Positions 48,501 to 63,200 of a stretch of 64,000 nucleotides of DNA are shown piece by piece; position 1 is the first letter of the stretch, and each line of letters begins with the position of its first letter. Source of the DNA: Callorhinchus milii (lineage: Eukaryota); contig NW_024704743.1 in assembly GCF_018977255.1 (NCBI RefSeq), positions 69,814,001 to 69,878,000 of the forward strand. Reading direction: 5' to 3'. Under the pieces are notes generated by a model, which was not told where the DNA came from, searched no databases, and saw only the letters and a list, made by a program, of their open reading frames with translations. The position numbers and the translations under genes were made by a program.

Positions 48501-51500
48501 CTTGACATACCAAAATCTCTGTTCTAACTGGTGCGCTGATGTGGAGTGAGGAAGTCCATCTGAGAACAATATAGTCGTTATTTCGCATCCAGATCATTCT
48601 AGCTAAAATCCAGAGCAACACCATGACTACAGCACAGCCTTGTCATATAACATGATTGGGATGTGGACCCCATTGAAAGTGCATGGGCATTGCTGGCCAC
48701 CTCGCTTCCTATCTGTGCTAAAAATCGCCAACTACCAGGACATGAGACTTGATACTCAGAAATACATTTGGGCTTCCTGTGTGTTAAACATGGACGACCT
48801 CCAGGTCATCAGGTTATCACCAATGTTCATTTCTGTACTGCACATGCGCAACACACAGCAAGTGACATCGGCAGTGATCTGGTGATCCAGACATTGGTCA
48901 TTTTATTTTACCTTGCCACTATATTTCACAAAAGATTCGATCGTAAAGGAGGTAGATTTTTTTAAATAAGCAAAATACCAATGTACAAACTTTGGAACCT
49001 TCAGAAGATAATCTGTTGAAATGTGAAGGACAGACTCTGCACTCCCCTCCCTCTCCTCTCCTTCACCCTTCCTCTCTTTCCCCTGCTCAACTTTACTTCC
49101 TTCCATTTCTCCCCTCCCTATTCCCTCCCCTCACTCCAACCTCTCTCCTCACCAGTTATTTGAAATCCTAAACATGTTAGGATTCTGCCAGCAATGGTGT
49201 GTTAATCAAATGCATAGGCTGCTTCCATTTTGCTAAACTATTAATCTGTTTTGACTACTTGGCTGTATTGCTTGGCCAGATTGTCATGTAATATGAGTGT
49301 GTTGTACAAATTTCTTAGAAGCCATCCACAGTCAACCAGCACTGTCACCACATTTCTTTGTATCATGCATATGAATCAACACTGAAAGTAGAAACTTGTA
49401 AAGCAAAACTATTATATATATACATGCAGTATAATATTACAATATATAATGTAACATAAATGTAGTCATTTTATCATCATAGAGTTTTATTACTCACGTT
49501 GCACGGGTTGAAGGGAATGAATTATATCCACTAGTGCTGAATATTTGAACTGCTCTAGGTTGCATTTCTCTTCGATACATTGGACTTTGGTTTTAAGTAA
49601 ACGATTGACATATAAAAAGAAAGTGTTGAATTTTATTTGAATCTCCAATGCAAGGATGTGTTCAAAAACATGACCCCCTACTCTAGCTCATTGTTTCCCA
49701 GAACCTCAAAACTGTGTCTCTCCTTGGTCCTCTCAGTTTTCATCGTATCCTACAATTTACAGGCTTTTAAATTCCAATCTTAGTTTTCGCTAATTCCTAA
49801 CCATTTCTTGATTTATGTAATTTTCCTCTCCTACTTCTTTCAGCCTCAGTGGTGCACTATATAATGTTGCTTGAACATTGCAGTTTCACAAATTAAAAGC
49901 CTTTAAGACATAACATAACACATTAGCTCCAATGCATTGCGTGCAGTTCCCGGAATTGAGATATTGCCTACAATTACCTGTGCAAAAACCTGCTGTATTT
50001 ACCTGTGCTGTCATGACAAGGAAGGAAATATTTGATGAATGTCTCAGGAGTAGCAGAAGCTTGAGTGGAGCACAATATCTAGTCAGGGAATGCTGTGATG
50101 TGAGGAATAAAGGGAGGAATAAAATGGGATGGTTATAATAGCACCAGTGAAACTTGACATAATGTCCTTCAGATGTCGCCAAACAAGTATTTAAATTTGA
50201 GAAAGTTTCATTTTTCAGCACCTGTACAAACAATATAAAAATGTACCATTTCTTGAAACTAGTTCAAAAATAATCACATCCCTAGTGCTTTTAACATGTC
50301 TGACAAACTGCCAGTGTCGCAAGTTTCATTTTCTGAAGCACTGTACCAATGAAACTTGCTCTATTTTACAAACGTCCTCTCTTTTGTATATTTTGAAAGG
50401 CAAAATCCACTTGTTTCTACAAGTCCCTTAGGCAAGTACAATCAGTCTGTGCTTATTCCAAGATAGTTTTACATGGAGGGTTATTTCAAGTCTCTAATAT
50501 AAAATACATTATAGCCTTGTAACTCGTTCCTATGAGATGAGACTTTAAACTGAGGTCTTGTCTATTCAGGTGGTTATTACAGATCCCATGGTGCTGTTTG
50601 AAAAGAATAAGGAGTTTCACCTGGCTTTCTGCCAATAATCCTCCAGATTAATTCGTCATTCGCCTCCCAGCTGTTTATAAGACCTAGCTGGCACAATTGG
50701 CTGCCACATTTTCCTAAGAAATACTTGTGAAACACTTTTGTGATATATCAATATGATACAATCCTATAAAAATGTCATGTAGCTCCCCTGCAAAAATAAT
50801 TTAATGATGTCCTTTTTTGATGTCCTTTTTTGAGGAAGATAACAACATTTTATTATCTTCTTCAAAGAAGAGGTGGATGATTGTTTGGTTAAGAATGTTA
50901 TTTCAAGTGTAGGTGTAACATAGAGGTAATCAGGTAGAGTACGGAATACATTGGTTCCTGTGCCTCTAAGATTATGAAATGTCACTTGTGAAATTATAGC
51001 ATGTCAAGCTTAAATAATAGAGGTTCAAGATTAGTTAGCTTATAGTATTTCTTAACACGATTCCTTACTAAGGAATCAAAATCATACAAAAAGGATTCCT
51101 TCAGGAACCTGAAAATATGTCATACTGACCCACAGTAACTCTGCTAGGATGGGATCTAGTTCCTATCAGCAATCAGGAATACAGCAAAATAGTTGTCAAT
51201 GTGCTGCTTGTTCAGCTATCTTTAGGGATCTGGAATGAGTTGAACACAACTTTATCGCCAGTGGTTTTATGTCTGGATTTTATTGTGCTTTTTGCATCAA
51301 TTTACTTTGCTGAATGGAAAGAGCAGTTGAAAACTGGAATGAAAAATGTATTTGTGAGTGGTTTGCATTAATGGAGGTTTAACTTTCCGTTCAGTTGTAC
51401 ATGTGCACTGTTTTTGGTTCCTGGCCAATAAAATTCAGAATGGAAAATACAAATCAGACGTTCCGCTTTTAATCATTTCACATCCAGGTATTGAGGGTAA

Positions 51501-53399
51501 GTATCTTTTAACAGCATAAACAAGACTGTAAATGTACATTGGAAGAAGTAACCCAATAGCCTTTTGATGTTCTTAAATTGTTATTTTCAGGAATACTAAC
51601 TTATAGAAAGTCACATTGCACCAAGCCTCTGCATGTGTAGTTGCTTAGGTGAGCATAAAAGTACAGTAATGTGACAGTTCAGTACTTCACAAATTAATAT
51701 TAAATCCCTATGGTTTGGGCGTAAAGAAACTGATTGCATTACAGTGATTCTCAAACTCAATGTTATCAAGATTGACAGTAATTTACTTGTATCCCTTCGA
51801 ATACTAGTTCTGAATATTGAAAAATAGTCAAAAAAATCCTTTCATCAATTCTTAACAGTGAAGGGTCTTAGAAAAGNTTTTTTTGCTGCAGTAAATAAAT
51901 TAATTTCAGAGCTGCAAGTATTTTTAGACAAACATATACGAATAGCAATGATTTGTTTTAAAATTAAACTCTCCATAGTGTGATGTTATCACAACAAATT
52001 CAAATAAATTTACTGCACATTATACAGCAAGCCTGATGAATTTAGTGTTTGCTTAATGCTACACTGGTGAAACTAAGTTTAAAAATAGGCTCTAGGGAAG
52101 ATCTTACGCAACTCATTTGGAACAGGAAGTTATCCTTGCCAAGTATAAGTTCTGTATTTATCTATGAGTACTGCACAGGACAGGCTTGGAGGTGCTATGG
52201 TTGGGCAAAATTATTGTAAGTAGCAGAATGGGGGCTTAAAAAAGTTCTTGAACTTCATAACCACTGAAAATATGAGCATGTTGCGTAAACTGCTGTCTTC
52301 AAGGCAATCCATTTGTGGATTTGATTTATGAGACTATAGCTCCAAGGAGATCCTATGTCAATCCCACGAATCACAATGTCTTATTGGGGAGGGGGGATTA
52401 AAACATATTTTAAACCATTCAATTGCTTTTTCAACCACATGCTTTGCATTTTAAGATCAAGTTTCTCAATCTGAACCAGAGGAGAACACAAAAATCAGAA
52501 ATGTTGGAAAAGTGCATGTCAAATTATGTCAATTAGCAATGAATTTTAGATATAGCCCTTTATCAGAACTGACTGGGAGAAGCCTTTTATAAATTGGCGG
52601 AGTGCAAGTCAAGTGAAAGACAGCAGAAATAAGTTTAAAAAGGCCACAACCAGAGGGCACCTGACAGCTGTTAATTCTGATCCTAAATTTTGTTGGATAC
52701 CCTTAAAGAGGAAATAGACAATTAACTGGAAACCAATGAAAGAAGACCAGGAAGTATAAAAAGGGATTCTGGGAGCACAACTGATGTGGAGTTGGTTGGA
52801 GTGTTTCAGTTAAGAGTAAAATAGTCACTCCCACACCAGAATTGTGCGAATCCTCACAACTCTAGTGTAGATAAATGCATCAAGCAGCTTCCTCCTTTCC
52901 ATTTGCTTCACTTCCCAGCACTATTTTGCGAGGTGATGGACAGCCTAGGATGCCAAACATCTTTGTGGAAATCCTTTGGTTCTTCCAAACAGCTTTTCAG
53001 TGTGTAGCTCCCTCTGTCATTATTCTTGCCCAGTTGAGATAGACTCGGACTGCTCATATTAGATATTTATATCAAATATCTATCCCTTCACCCCATTATC
53101 ATTACTTACTTGCATAATTCAATAACTGTGATCATTTCTAAATGTTGAGTTATTAAAAATAGACTTTTGTGTGGCCTATTTGTGTGCCTTCACTTCCTCC
53201 AGCTCTTCAATTATTTTCTCTCAGTATTGCATCTGCAGGCATCAATACTGCATCTGGCTGTCAGTCTGATTCCTTACATACTCAATGCTTTTATCATATC
53301 ACATTTAGGTGATGTGCTCCCTTACCAGTGTTTCATCCAAAGATAGCATTTGCCTACTATTTGTCTATTCATTTTACCCTATCTTTTCCCCTGAGTTTG

Positions 53400-53690
53400 T
53401 GTTTCCCCGCCCCACCATCGGCAGTCAGGCCTTCAGCCTCTCTGCCCCCACCATTTTGAACTCCATCCCACAGTCCCTTCACCTCACTCCCTCCGTTGCC
53501 TCCTTCAAGGCTCATCTCAAGACCCTCCTCTTCAATCGTGCCTTCATTCACCCTCTTACCCCTACCTTCACTGCCCTCCACCCCTCCTGATCCCAATCTC
53601 CAGTTCGGGTCCAAATCCCTAACTGTCCAGCACCTTGGGATGTCCTCCTGGGGTGAAAGGCGCTATGCAAATGTAATTCGTTGTTGTTTG
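53400..53690 (+). mobile_element. L2 3' fragment
   Basis: RPTIGSQAFSLSAP..SFKAHLKTLLF; tail. Confidence 0.9.
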
Positions 53691-53784
53691 TGACGAGTCA
53701 AGTATAGATGAAATGTGCACAGGGTAATATTTTGACTGAAGAACAGTATTTTATAAGTATTTTAGCTAACTTCAAAACAAACTG

Positions 53785-54602
53785 TTGTTTGCTGACAGCA
53801 TCAGCATCCAAGGCTGCTCTCTCCACCTCTCAAAGACAGTCAGGAACCTCGGTGTTCTGTTCGACCCTGAGCTGTCCTTTCTTCCCCAAATCCGCGCCAC
53901 AACAGCCACCGCCTTCCATCACCTCCGGAACATCGCCAGACTACGGCACTGCCTCACCCCTCACGCTGCTGAAACTCTGGTCCACGCCTTTATCACCTCA
54001 AGGCTGGACTATGGGAACTCTCTCCTCCCCGGCCTTCCCGGCACCTCCCTCCACAAGCTGCAGGTCATTCAGAACTCTGCAGCTCGTGTACTGTCCCGCA
54101 CCAGGCTTCGCGACCACATCACTCCCACCCTCGCTCGCCTCCACTGGCTCCCCATCCCCCAGAGAATTGAATTCAAGATCCTCATCCTCACCTACAAGGC
54201 CATTCATGGCCTTGCACCCCCCTACCTCTCCGACCTACTATCCCCCTACCTACCTGCCCGTACCCTCCGTTCCTCTGGCTCCGGTCTGCTCCACATCCCC
54301 CGCCCCAACCGCCCTACCATCGGTGGCCGGGCTTTCAGCCTCTCAGCCCTTAGACTCTGGAACTCCATCCCCCAGTGCCTTCGCCGCCTCCTCCCTTTCC
54401 TCCTTCAAGGCCGGTCTCAAGACCTTTCCCTTTGACCGTGCCTTTCAGCTCCCCTCTCGACTCTCTACCCCCTCCTCGCTCCCTCCCTTCACCCTGAACA
54501 TTTCTCCCCTGCTCGGGTCCCGACCCAACTGTCCAGCGCCTTGGGACGTCCTCCGGACGTGAAAGGCGCTCTATAAATGAAATCTTGTTGTTGTTGTTGT
54601 TG
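53785..54602 (+). mobile_element. Young 5'-truncated L2 with an uninterrupted 216-aa ORF2 C-terminus
   Basis: [34 protein letters not shown]; intact 3' stem-loop; (TTG)n tail. Confidence 0.95.
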
Positions 54603-57600
54603 TAAAGTAGAATTCCTTTCCAGTTGTACAGAATCTGAAGTTACCTTACATGTTTGATTATTTTAGAGGTTGTTATAGTTTTATAACCAATGCAGTTGAA
54701 ATTGTGGAACCAAACATTCAGTTTAGTTTTCCTCCTCTCTCCCCCTTGGCTTCCTGACCTTTAGTAAGTTAACTCTGTTCTGATCAGAGAGATATTTGTA
54801 AGTTTTTAGGAAGAAATGGGAGAACAGTATCATCTTCGAAAGTGGTGTATGTGACCAAACAACATTTATAAAAGGTTACAAATGATTTTAGGCCAAGCAC
54901 ATATTCCATTTGGACAGCCTAATCGTACTTATAATAAAATTAGCAGTATCTGGTTTGTGGACTTTGTTTTGTTTATTGACATATATTACAGTGTAATGAA
55001 TTCAGGATATCAAAGCACATTTAGAGGCAATTATTTCATGTTGTGGTATCATCACTGATGAGGCCTAAACATCAAACATGGATTTAACTAATCAGGAATA
55101 AAAAAAAATGTACTTCCTCATTCCTGCATGATGTTGATCACAGAGATATCTGAATAGCTGGCCAAAATATCAGAATCAACAACAACTTGCATTTATATTG
55201 CACCCTTCATGTGGCGTGATGTCTCAAAGCGTCAGATTTGTACATTAGGTGACGTAAAAGCTGCTGCTGTGGCCCATATGTCTGACCTGGGCAGCTGAAA
55301 TAGCTAACGTTGGTGAGATGAGCCTGGGAGGAAATTACCCTGCCGTGCTTTTAGCATAAGGTCATGAGAAGTCAATGGGAAATACCTGAATCTTGTGAAC
55401 AGAAGTAGAATCGAGAATTCCCATGGATTTTCATTCATAAATGTAAACTGCCTTTGTAGGCAAACTCATACCAGGAAAATTTTACAGTCTTATTACTGCA
55501 AACACCATTCCTTTTGAGTTCTACCTAAATCCATGCCTAAAATAGTGTGACACTAATATAATTGTCTTACTTTTGAGCACAACGGACAAAGAAAGCAGTG
55601 CTATGTTTAGTATTAATGTATCAATAATATGTTCAAGTCTCCAAGTCTAATGGTAAACAAGTGGGATGTTTCATCTGTTGCTAGGTTTGAAAGCTGCTCT
55701 GACTTCAACAGTGTGACTAAACTGCAGAAATGTCCCCTGAAAGTGAGTGGATTGGAGAACTCAAATACTCAAATCCAGTAACACAATTATTTTAACAGGC
55801 TGTAATTTTTGATAAAAAAATTAAAAGGTAATACAATTACCTTAAAAGATATGGAAATGTATAATATAGTCGAAGACCATTCAGCCCATTATTTTGTGGC
55901 AGTGTTGCTCCCCCAAGAAACAATCTATCCTAATCCCAATCCCCTGCTCTTTCCCCACGCCCTCAAATACCCTTCCTCCGCATATGCTTCTCCAGTTACA
56001 TTTCCTCAATTCACTCTGCTCTAACACCCAGCAATGCCGAATCTTTCCCTACCCTGACACCCACAGAACACACAGTCATAGCACTTTACAGTTAATCCTG
56101 TGAAGTGCTTTGGGATGTCGTCCCAATGTGAAAGACGCTATATCAAATGTAAGGATTATTATTAACCCTCCTGGAAAATAAATTCTTCCGAATCCATCCT
56201 TTTACTCCCCAACTCACAATTTTGTATTCATGTCCTTTTGTCCACTGATGACGTACCAGCAGAAAAATCTTGGCATGTAACGGCGACATCAATGTACAGT
56301 CATCTGACAGTCTCTCTCTGATTTTACTTCCCTACTCTCTATTTAAGCATATGGAAGACAAGATGGATTTTAATATTAATATATGCAAAATAATCCATAT
56401 TTAAACAATATGTGCAACATGACGGGCTCTCCATTAGCAAAAGTGGAGAAGCAAATGCATTTGGGTATCATTATTGATCACACATTGAAGGCTTCCAACA
56501 ATATGAAGCTGTTATTCACAAAGATAATCAAATGCCACATTGTGTCTTGAGGGCATTATAAATTAACATAAATTATTTTACCCTTGTGTAGATTACTAAT
56601 GGAGCTATGTTTAGAATTTTGGATGACCTTCAAGATAGTTTAAGGGAGAAATCCCACCTAGGTCTAGAGGTTTTTTTTTGGTCAGCCGGGTGTCTGACCC
56701 ATGCAGTTTCCATCACCGTATTTAAGAGTATCCAAACCATGCTGAGATTTCCATGCATCCCACCTACGCGTGGAAATTCCAGAGATAGATTGTTGGAATG
56801 GAATGCACACTCTCTCTCTGGAGAGATGCATCCTGTTTACCTAATTCTGGAAAAGAAGTAGGTTCAGGTTGGCAAGAGCCAAGGCTTTGGGGTACTGCTG
56901 GAGTCTAACCAGCTAAAACCACATAACCTGATATCACTGTCTGGCAAGCTTTTCCACTGCTTGTCCAGCTTGGACCACCCACCCGTTAGGGCTTTGGCTT
57001 GTAGGGTTAACAGGAGCTGAGTGGGAGGATTCCCTGTCCCAGTGACTGATCTGCCCTTCCAGGTCCTTCTGATGAACCAGTTTGGCTGTCCTGTCATCAG
57101 TTTTTTTAGGTAACATTTTAGAGCATTAATAATCTGGCAAATTACATAATTTAAGGTTTGAATTTAGTTTTCTGTAGTTCTTAGAAATTTACATAAAACT
57201 GATTTCAAAATTAAGGCCATATTTAAGAGTTTTGCATGCTCTGAAATGCTCTGTGAATAGAGTAAATCTAGATCGAGGTGGAATTTCCTCCCATTTTTAT
57301 CTCCAAAAGGATAATAATAATAAAAATCCTTGCATTTGGTATAGAGACTTATCACGTCGTTGAGACGTCTCAAAAATACAGTGGATTGACTGTATTTTGT
57401 GGGCGAAATATGGCAGCTAGTTGCACACAGCAATGTCTCATGGATAGCCTTGTAGTGAGTGACCAGTTTTATTTGGGGGATTGTTGGCCAGGACATCGGG
57501 ATGTTGAAAGATGTCAGAGAAGAGTAAGAAGGATGTTTTGGGGCCTTAAAGTTCAAAGTGATGAGGAGAGAAAACATTTGGGTAGAACGATGAGAAGCAT

Positions 57601-59504
57601 AGGTGATATAGATTATAGTGTTGAGAAAAATGTGCGTTATGAGTGGTTCATACACTAGTGTGCATGATCTTCTACGTATTTTTACTGTGGTCAACCGCAC
57701 CACATCTGACGTCAACGAAGGACTCTATGAAAGCTGAGAATCTGAAACCCAAATATTGTTTGTATGCATGTAGGAGTCTTGAGAACTGCATTTATTTGCC
57801 TTCATACATTTTATAAGGTCTTGAAAGCTGTACCACAGAACCGCTAGCTAGCTTTAACATTAACTGGCAGAACTTAGTACTCCGCAGTGAAAAACCACTG
57901 ATCCACCAGTCTGTTCAAAATTGAAAATGCATTTTCCATTCTGTGTATGAAGTTTCTAGTGTGAGGGAGTACATTGCTGTCAATGTGCATTGTTGCTGTA
58001 ATGCATTCAGCTATCTGTTAAGCTCCATCATGCTCACATTTGTTTGTTAAAGGTTGGCTAAATGGGAGAAACAAAGTAAACTCAGAACAATGCTTTTAGA
58101 AACGTCAAAGCGTAGGCCAAGGGAACTCAGGTTTATAGTTGTGAAGAAGAAGTTTAGGAAGATATTCTTTATGAAGGGTATTCAACAGCTGGAACAGATA
58201 TGTAAAGGTGGCAGGGGCTAGGACACTAGGTCATTTAAGAGATAGCTTGGTGCAGTAATAGAAAGATGATAGGACTCATATTCTATACGAAAAATAATAA
58301 TAATCCTTGCATTTGACATAGACCCTTATCACATTATTGAGATGTCTGTCTAAAGCACTTCACGGGAATATATATAAAGTATACTGACTGTATATTTTGT
58401 GGGCGAAAGACAGCAGCCAGTTGTGCAGAACAATTGTCCCACAAACAACCATGGAGTGAGTGATCACTTTTAGTTGGGGAATTGTTGGTCAGGACATTGG
58501 GAGAAACTCACTTCTCTTTTCAAATAGTGTCATGGAATCTTTAATGTCACCTGTACAGGCAGGCAGGACCTTGTTTTAATGTCTCATCCGAAGGATGGAT
58601 TCTGGAAGGGTGACGGGCATTCTTCAACCAAACACCTCTTTTGTTCGTATTAAATGCACTTGTTGAGATTGTGGACTACTCTAACCTTCATTTCAAGCAC
58701 TAATTTTGCAGCCAACAGCAATAACAACAACATGATATGGGCTGTATAATTTGCATTACAGAGTGAAATAGAGTCTTAAAATTGACGTAGTTTGACACCG
58801 AGCCAAGGAGAAAGGGGAGGTGACCATAGGCTCGAAAGTCTTCAGGTGTACACATTCCTCTTTGACCATGTGTGTTCTCTTTATTATTAACACGGGATCT
58901 TTGAATAGTTATCTGCAAGAAAACCTCTGTTTGTAAGGTATTGACATGGCAGACAAATATTGTTAGGGCAGAATGAACTTTTTTGTTGAAAAGTGCATCT
59001 TCAATGTCCGCTCCAGCATCATGTGTGAATGTTACAATTTCACATTCATTTTACTTTCCATCTGCTTTCCAGAATAGTAATTCTCTGAAGCTAAAAGCAT
59101 TTGAAAACTCTTAGACGTTGCTCTACATTGAGAGCATTATATAAAGTGTTTGATGTTGTTATTTTTAAAGTTACAGGTGAGATTGACAGGTGAGAATGAT
59201 GTTAAAATAGTCTGAGTTGATTTCCTTGAAAGTGGAGTGTAAACCCTGTTATGCACTTTGTCTTCAAAATGTGTAAACGTCACATTCACACACAGTAATC
59301 GAAATTGGGGCGTGGTTACACAACAACTCCTCACAGAGCACTTTTTTCAGTCTGTAAATGTCATCGTCTTTTTTGAGAATCCAGATAAATTGCTGCAGAT
59401 TATATACGCATTTGAAATGTATAATTATTAATCTTAGGAGGAGAATGTTCTTATAATGTTTTCCAAATTAATAATAATCCTTGCATTTGATATAGCGCCT
59501 TATC

Positions 59505-59871
59505 AACAGCAACAACAACAACAACTGGCACTTATATAGCGCCCTCTACGCAGGGTAGGGTCTCAGAGCGCTTAACAGTGGCGGAACCTGACTCCGAGCC
59601 GGGGGAGGGGGGAGGTGGCCGTAAGCACGTTCGAAGAGGAAAATCTTCAAGTGAGACTTGAAAGAGGGGAGAGAGGGAGCAAGGCAGAGGGATTGAGGGA
59701 GAGCGTTCTAGAATTTTGTGGTGTAGTGGCTGAAAGCGCGACCTCCAATGGTGGGGCGGAGGGTGCGAGGGACGAGCAGGAGACCGGTGCCAGTCATGCG
59801 GAGGCACCAGGTAGTGGATTGGGGAGTGAGGAGGTCGGAGAGGTAGGGAGGTGCCAGGGAGTGAAGGGATT

Positions 59872-59907
<36 letters not shown>

Positions 59908-60250
59908 CACGAGTGTGAGGATCTTGAAGTCGATCTGTTCGGTGATGGGAAGCCAGTGGAGCCTGGGCCAGAACTGGTGAGATGTGAGTACAGAGTTTGG
60001 TCAGGGTCAATATGCGAACAGCAGAGTTTTGAATGAGCTGGATCTTTTGAAAGGCAGAGCTGGGGAGACCAGCGAGGAGTGCTTTGGAGTAATTCAAGTG
60101 GGAGGTGATAAACGCATGCACAAGGGTGTTGGCTGCATTTGGGGTAAGGTATGGTTGGAGGCGAGCAATATGGCAAAGGTGGAAGAAGGCGGTTCTGGTC
60201 AGGGACCTGATGTGGGGGAAGAAGGACAGCTGGGGGTCAAAATGTGACCC
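59505..60250 (-). mobile_element. L2 (second subfamily) inserted into a SINE, with internal (AAT)n at 59873-59906
   Basis: FDPQLSF..HAFITSHLNY..QNSA; SINE tail at 59469-59504 continues at 60253-60370; tatca present on both sides. Confidence 0.88.
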
Positions 60251-63200
60251 CCATATCACGTCTTCAAGACATCTCAAAGCACTTCACAGAATATATTGTA
60301 AAGTGAATTGACTGTATACTTTTTGGCAAAACGTGGCAGCCAACTGTACACAGCAGTGTCCCACAAACAATCAAAATAGATTGTTGTTTCAGTGAATATC
60401 AGAAACAAATTGTTGTAATGATAGTTTAAATATTTTTTTAGTGGGTTATCAGAAATAATCATAGAGAGTACTCCTTGATATTGTGGCCCCAATGCTGAAA
60501 GGATTGTAATTTTACTATTGGATGAAATACTATCTATGTTTATGCTTTCACTGCGAATGGGTATCACTTGGCTTGGTTGGTTGAGAACATAAGAAAGACA
60601 GAAAAAAAAGGCCATTTTGTCCCGACAAGCATCCCTTCCTTCCACCGCACAATGATGCATAGATTTCCATTTACGCTTCCAAATGCACCTTCGTTGCAAC
60701 TAAAACGACACTAACTCCAAATTAAATTTTTTAAGATTTTTCATAAAAGTTCAGGTGTTCAGAATTATAATTTCTATAGTCAATGAACACTGCAATTTTG
60801 TAATGTTAAAGGGTGATGTGTTGGTGGATTTGGTTTTGCATGGAGCAATACTTGTTTGAAAATCAAAGTAACATCCTTATCCCCTTTGCTGGACTTATGT
60901 GGGTGAGGGAGAAGGAGTGTGGGGGTGGGGTGGGGGGGGGGTTGCTCCTTGCTACAGTGGCTGCTGCCTTTTTGCAGCAGACCACTCACTGCCAATGGTT
61001 TCTTCCCCTACATTTGTGGCTTTTGGTGATGAGGTGGGGGAAGGGCCTATGTCAGGTGGATCTGACAATATTTGGCACTTCCCCAATTTTGGGTGTTGGC
61101 TGAAGGCCACTTGTTCTGATTGGCAGATGTTCAACTGAGGCACATGGTTGTAAATACGAGTCGGGAGGGAGGATACAACACTTTGTTATCACCCAAGCAA
61201 TCAAATTTAGAGTTTTAAAGACTTTGGTATTTTTTAAATAAAATTATTTTACTGAGACTTTGTTTTATTATTTCTAACCTGAAGATTGCTTCGTCAACAG
61301 GCAAATGAGAATTAGGTTGCCTTTCATCGCTGACAAAAATGCTATTTTATATCTGCACTTTTCCATGTTAATTAGCTGCAGTATTGTCAGTAGCATGGTG
61401 TAGCTGCTGATGATTTTAGGTGGAGTGACAATTGGATATTAATCGGTCAAACTGCTTCATGGCTTGCATGGCACAAACCTTAAGGCAAGTTCAGTATGCT
61501 ATGGATTTTAAGCTTTGATTTCTGGACTGTAAAATATTATGACCTGTGCAGTATCATAGTCCCCAGCTTATCAATAGAGAACCAGTGAAGCATTTGAGTT
61601 GCCAATCTTCCCAATTTTAAGACTTTAAAATGAACCTTTTGATATATTTTTGCATTATGTTTCAAAAAACTAAATTATATTACAAACTGCAGTTTTCATA
61701 TTTATTATTTAAAAGCCACTAGAAAAAAAGACTATTAAGATAGATATGTGTTCTTCAATCTCACACAGAAAGGGTTTGAATAATGCAATATCTAAATCTA
61801 ATTGTATCTTAGTAGTCTTGTAGCAGTTCCCAAGAGATTATTTAGAATACATAGGGAGTTCATGCTTATTGCTGGAATTAGCAATTTGTTTCACTTTGTT
61901 CTTACAGTGTCATTTCCTACTATCAAGATAAACCAAATGCATTGCTAGTTTTAGCACTCAGAGTAAGTTAGATGTCCCTGTTATGAAATACATTTATGTA
62001 GCACCCTTCACACAGGGTAGCATCCTGGAGCATTTAAAAGAGGTGTGGTTTGAGGCCGAGCTGGACAGATAGGAGAGGTTACTGAAGGCATAGTGGAAGA
62101 GGAAAGCCTTTGAGTGTGATTTAAAGATGGGTAAAGACAGAAGGATTGAGGCAGGGAGTTCCAGAGATAGTGGGCACAGTAGTTGAAAGCAAATACGTGC
62201 ATGTAAGTTCACAACCATGAATTAACAATGTTTTTATTAGTGTTGACTCTGTGCGTAGGTTACACACCATAAATATAAATAGATAACATATTACACAATT
62301 TTATCTCAATATATTGAATAGTTTGCTCTTGTTACTGTACGTTTTTAAGAACATTAACATCATTTTTGTCTTCACTAAATAAAAACTCACGTATCATAAT
62401 AATTTGATAAGGCACTTTTCATGTCAGGAGGACGTCTCAAAGCACTTCACAGCATTTTACTATTTGTAGGAAGATACATTTGTAGGCAGCCAATTTGCAC
62501 ACAGCAATGTCCCGCAAATAGCTATGAAGTATTTCAGTATCTGGGGGTGTGGTGCACATACTAGCAATATCGGAACATCATCTTAATGGCCTGCATGAAT
62601 GGATAAAGAAATCAGCTAGCCTGTGTTCGGAAAGCAGTGATGAAGGCACTGTCAGACATTGGTCATTGCATCTAGTCCTGCTATCGCCAGAGAAAAAACA
62701 ACTCTTCGAGGGGTATTGAGTCTATAGCAACATCTCCACCTGTCAACAATGGGTGTGAAAGAGGGATTTCATTGACACCAATACTGCAACTAAATGTAGT
62801 ATATATTAACCTAAAGATGAAGGATTGTTTTGATCTAGGCCTGTTTTGTAATCAGTTTTGATTTTATAACTTTACTCCTGTGCTTGTCTTGTTTTGTTCC
62901 TGGGTTACGCCTTCCTTAGACTGACTGCGAAATCTCTTATTTGCCTGCTGTTCTACAGAAGCCTCATTCTGTACTATTGGGCCAGTCTCGTCATGTCTGC
63001 TGCTCAGCTCATGTTCTGGTGTCAGCTCAGCAAATACTGGGGTAGAAATTCCACCTGAGTCTATATTTACTCTATGGACGTAACATTTCAGAGTGTGCAG
63101 GACAGACCCACTTACCATATTTGCCATATTTTCTGCAGAGTTTTGACCAGACCCATTGCAGCTTTGTGCCCCATTTACAGAAATCCCACTTATAGTTTGC

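Noticed and set aside
51877..51877. Single N base
   Set aside because: Assembly ambiguity, not biology.
53708..54562. 284-aa Pro/Ser-rich ORF, and similar ORFs at 7391-7888 and 8254-8640
   Set aside because: Alternative frames of C-rich L2 sequence.
59873..59906. Poly-Tyr/Asn/Ile runs in ORFs
   Set aside because: (AAT)n microsatellite inside an L2.
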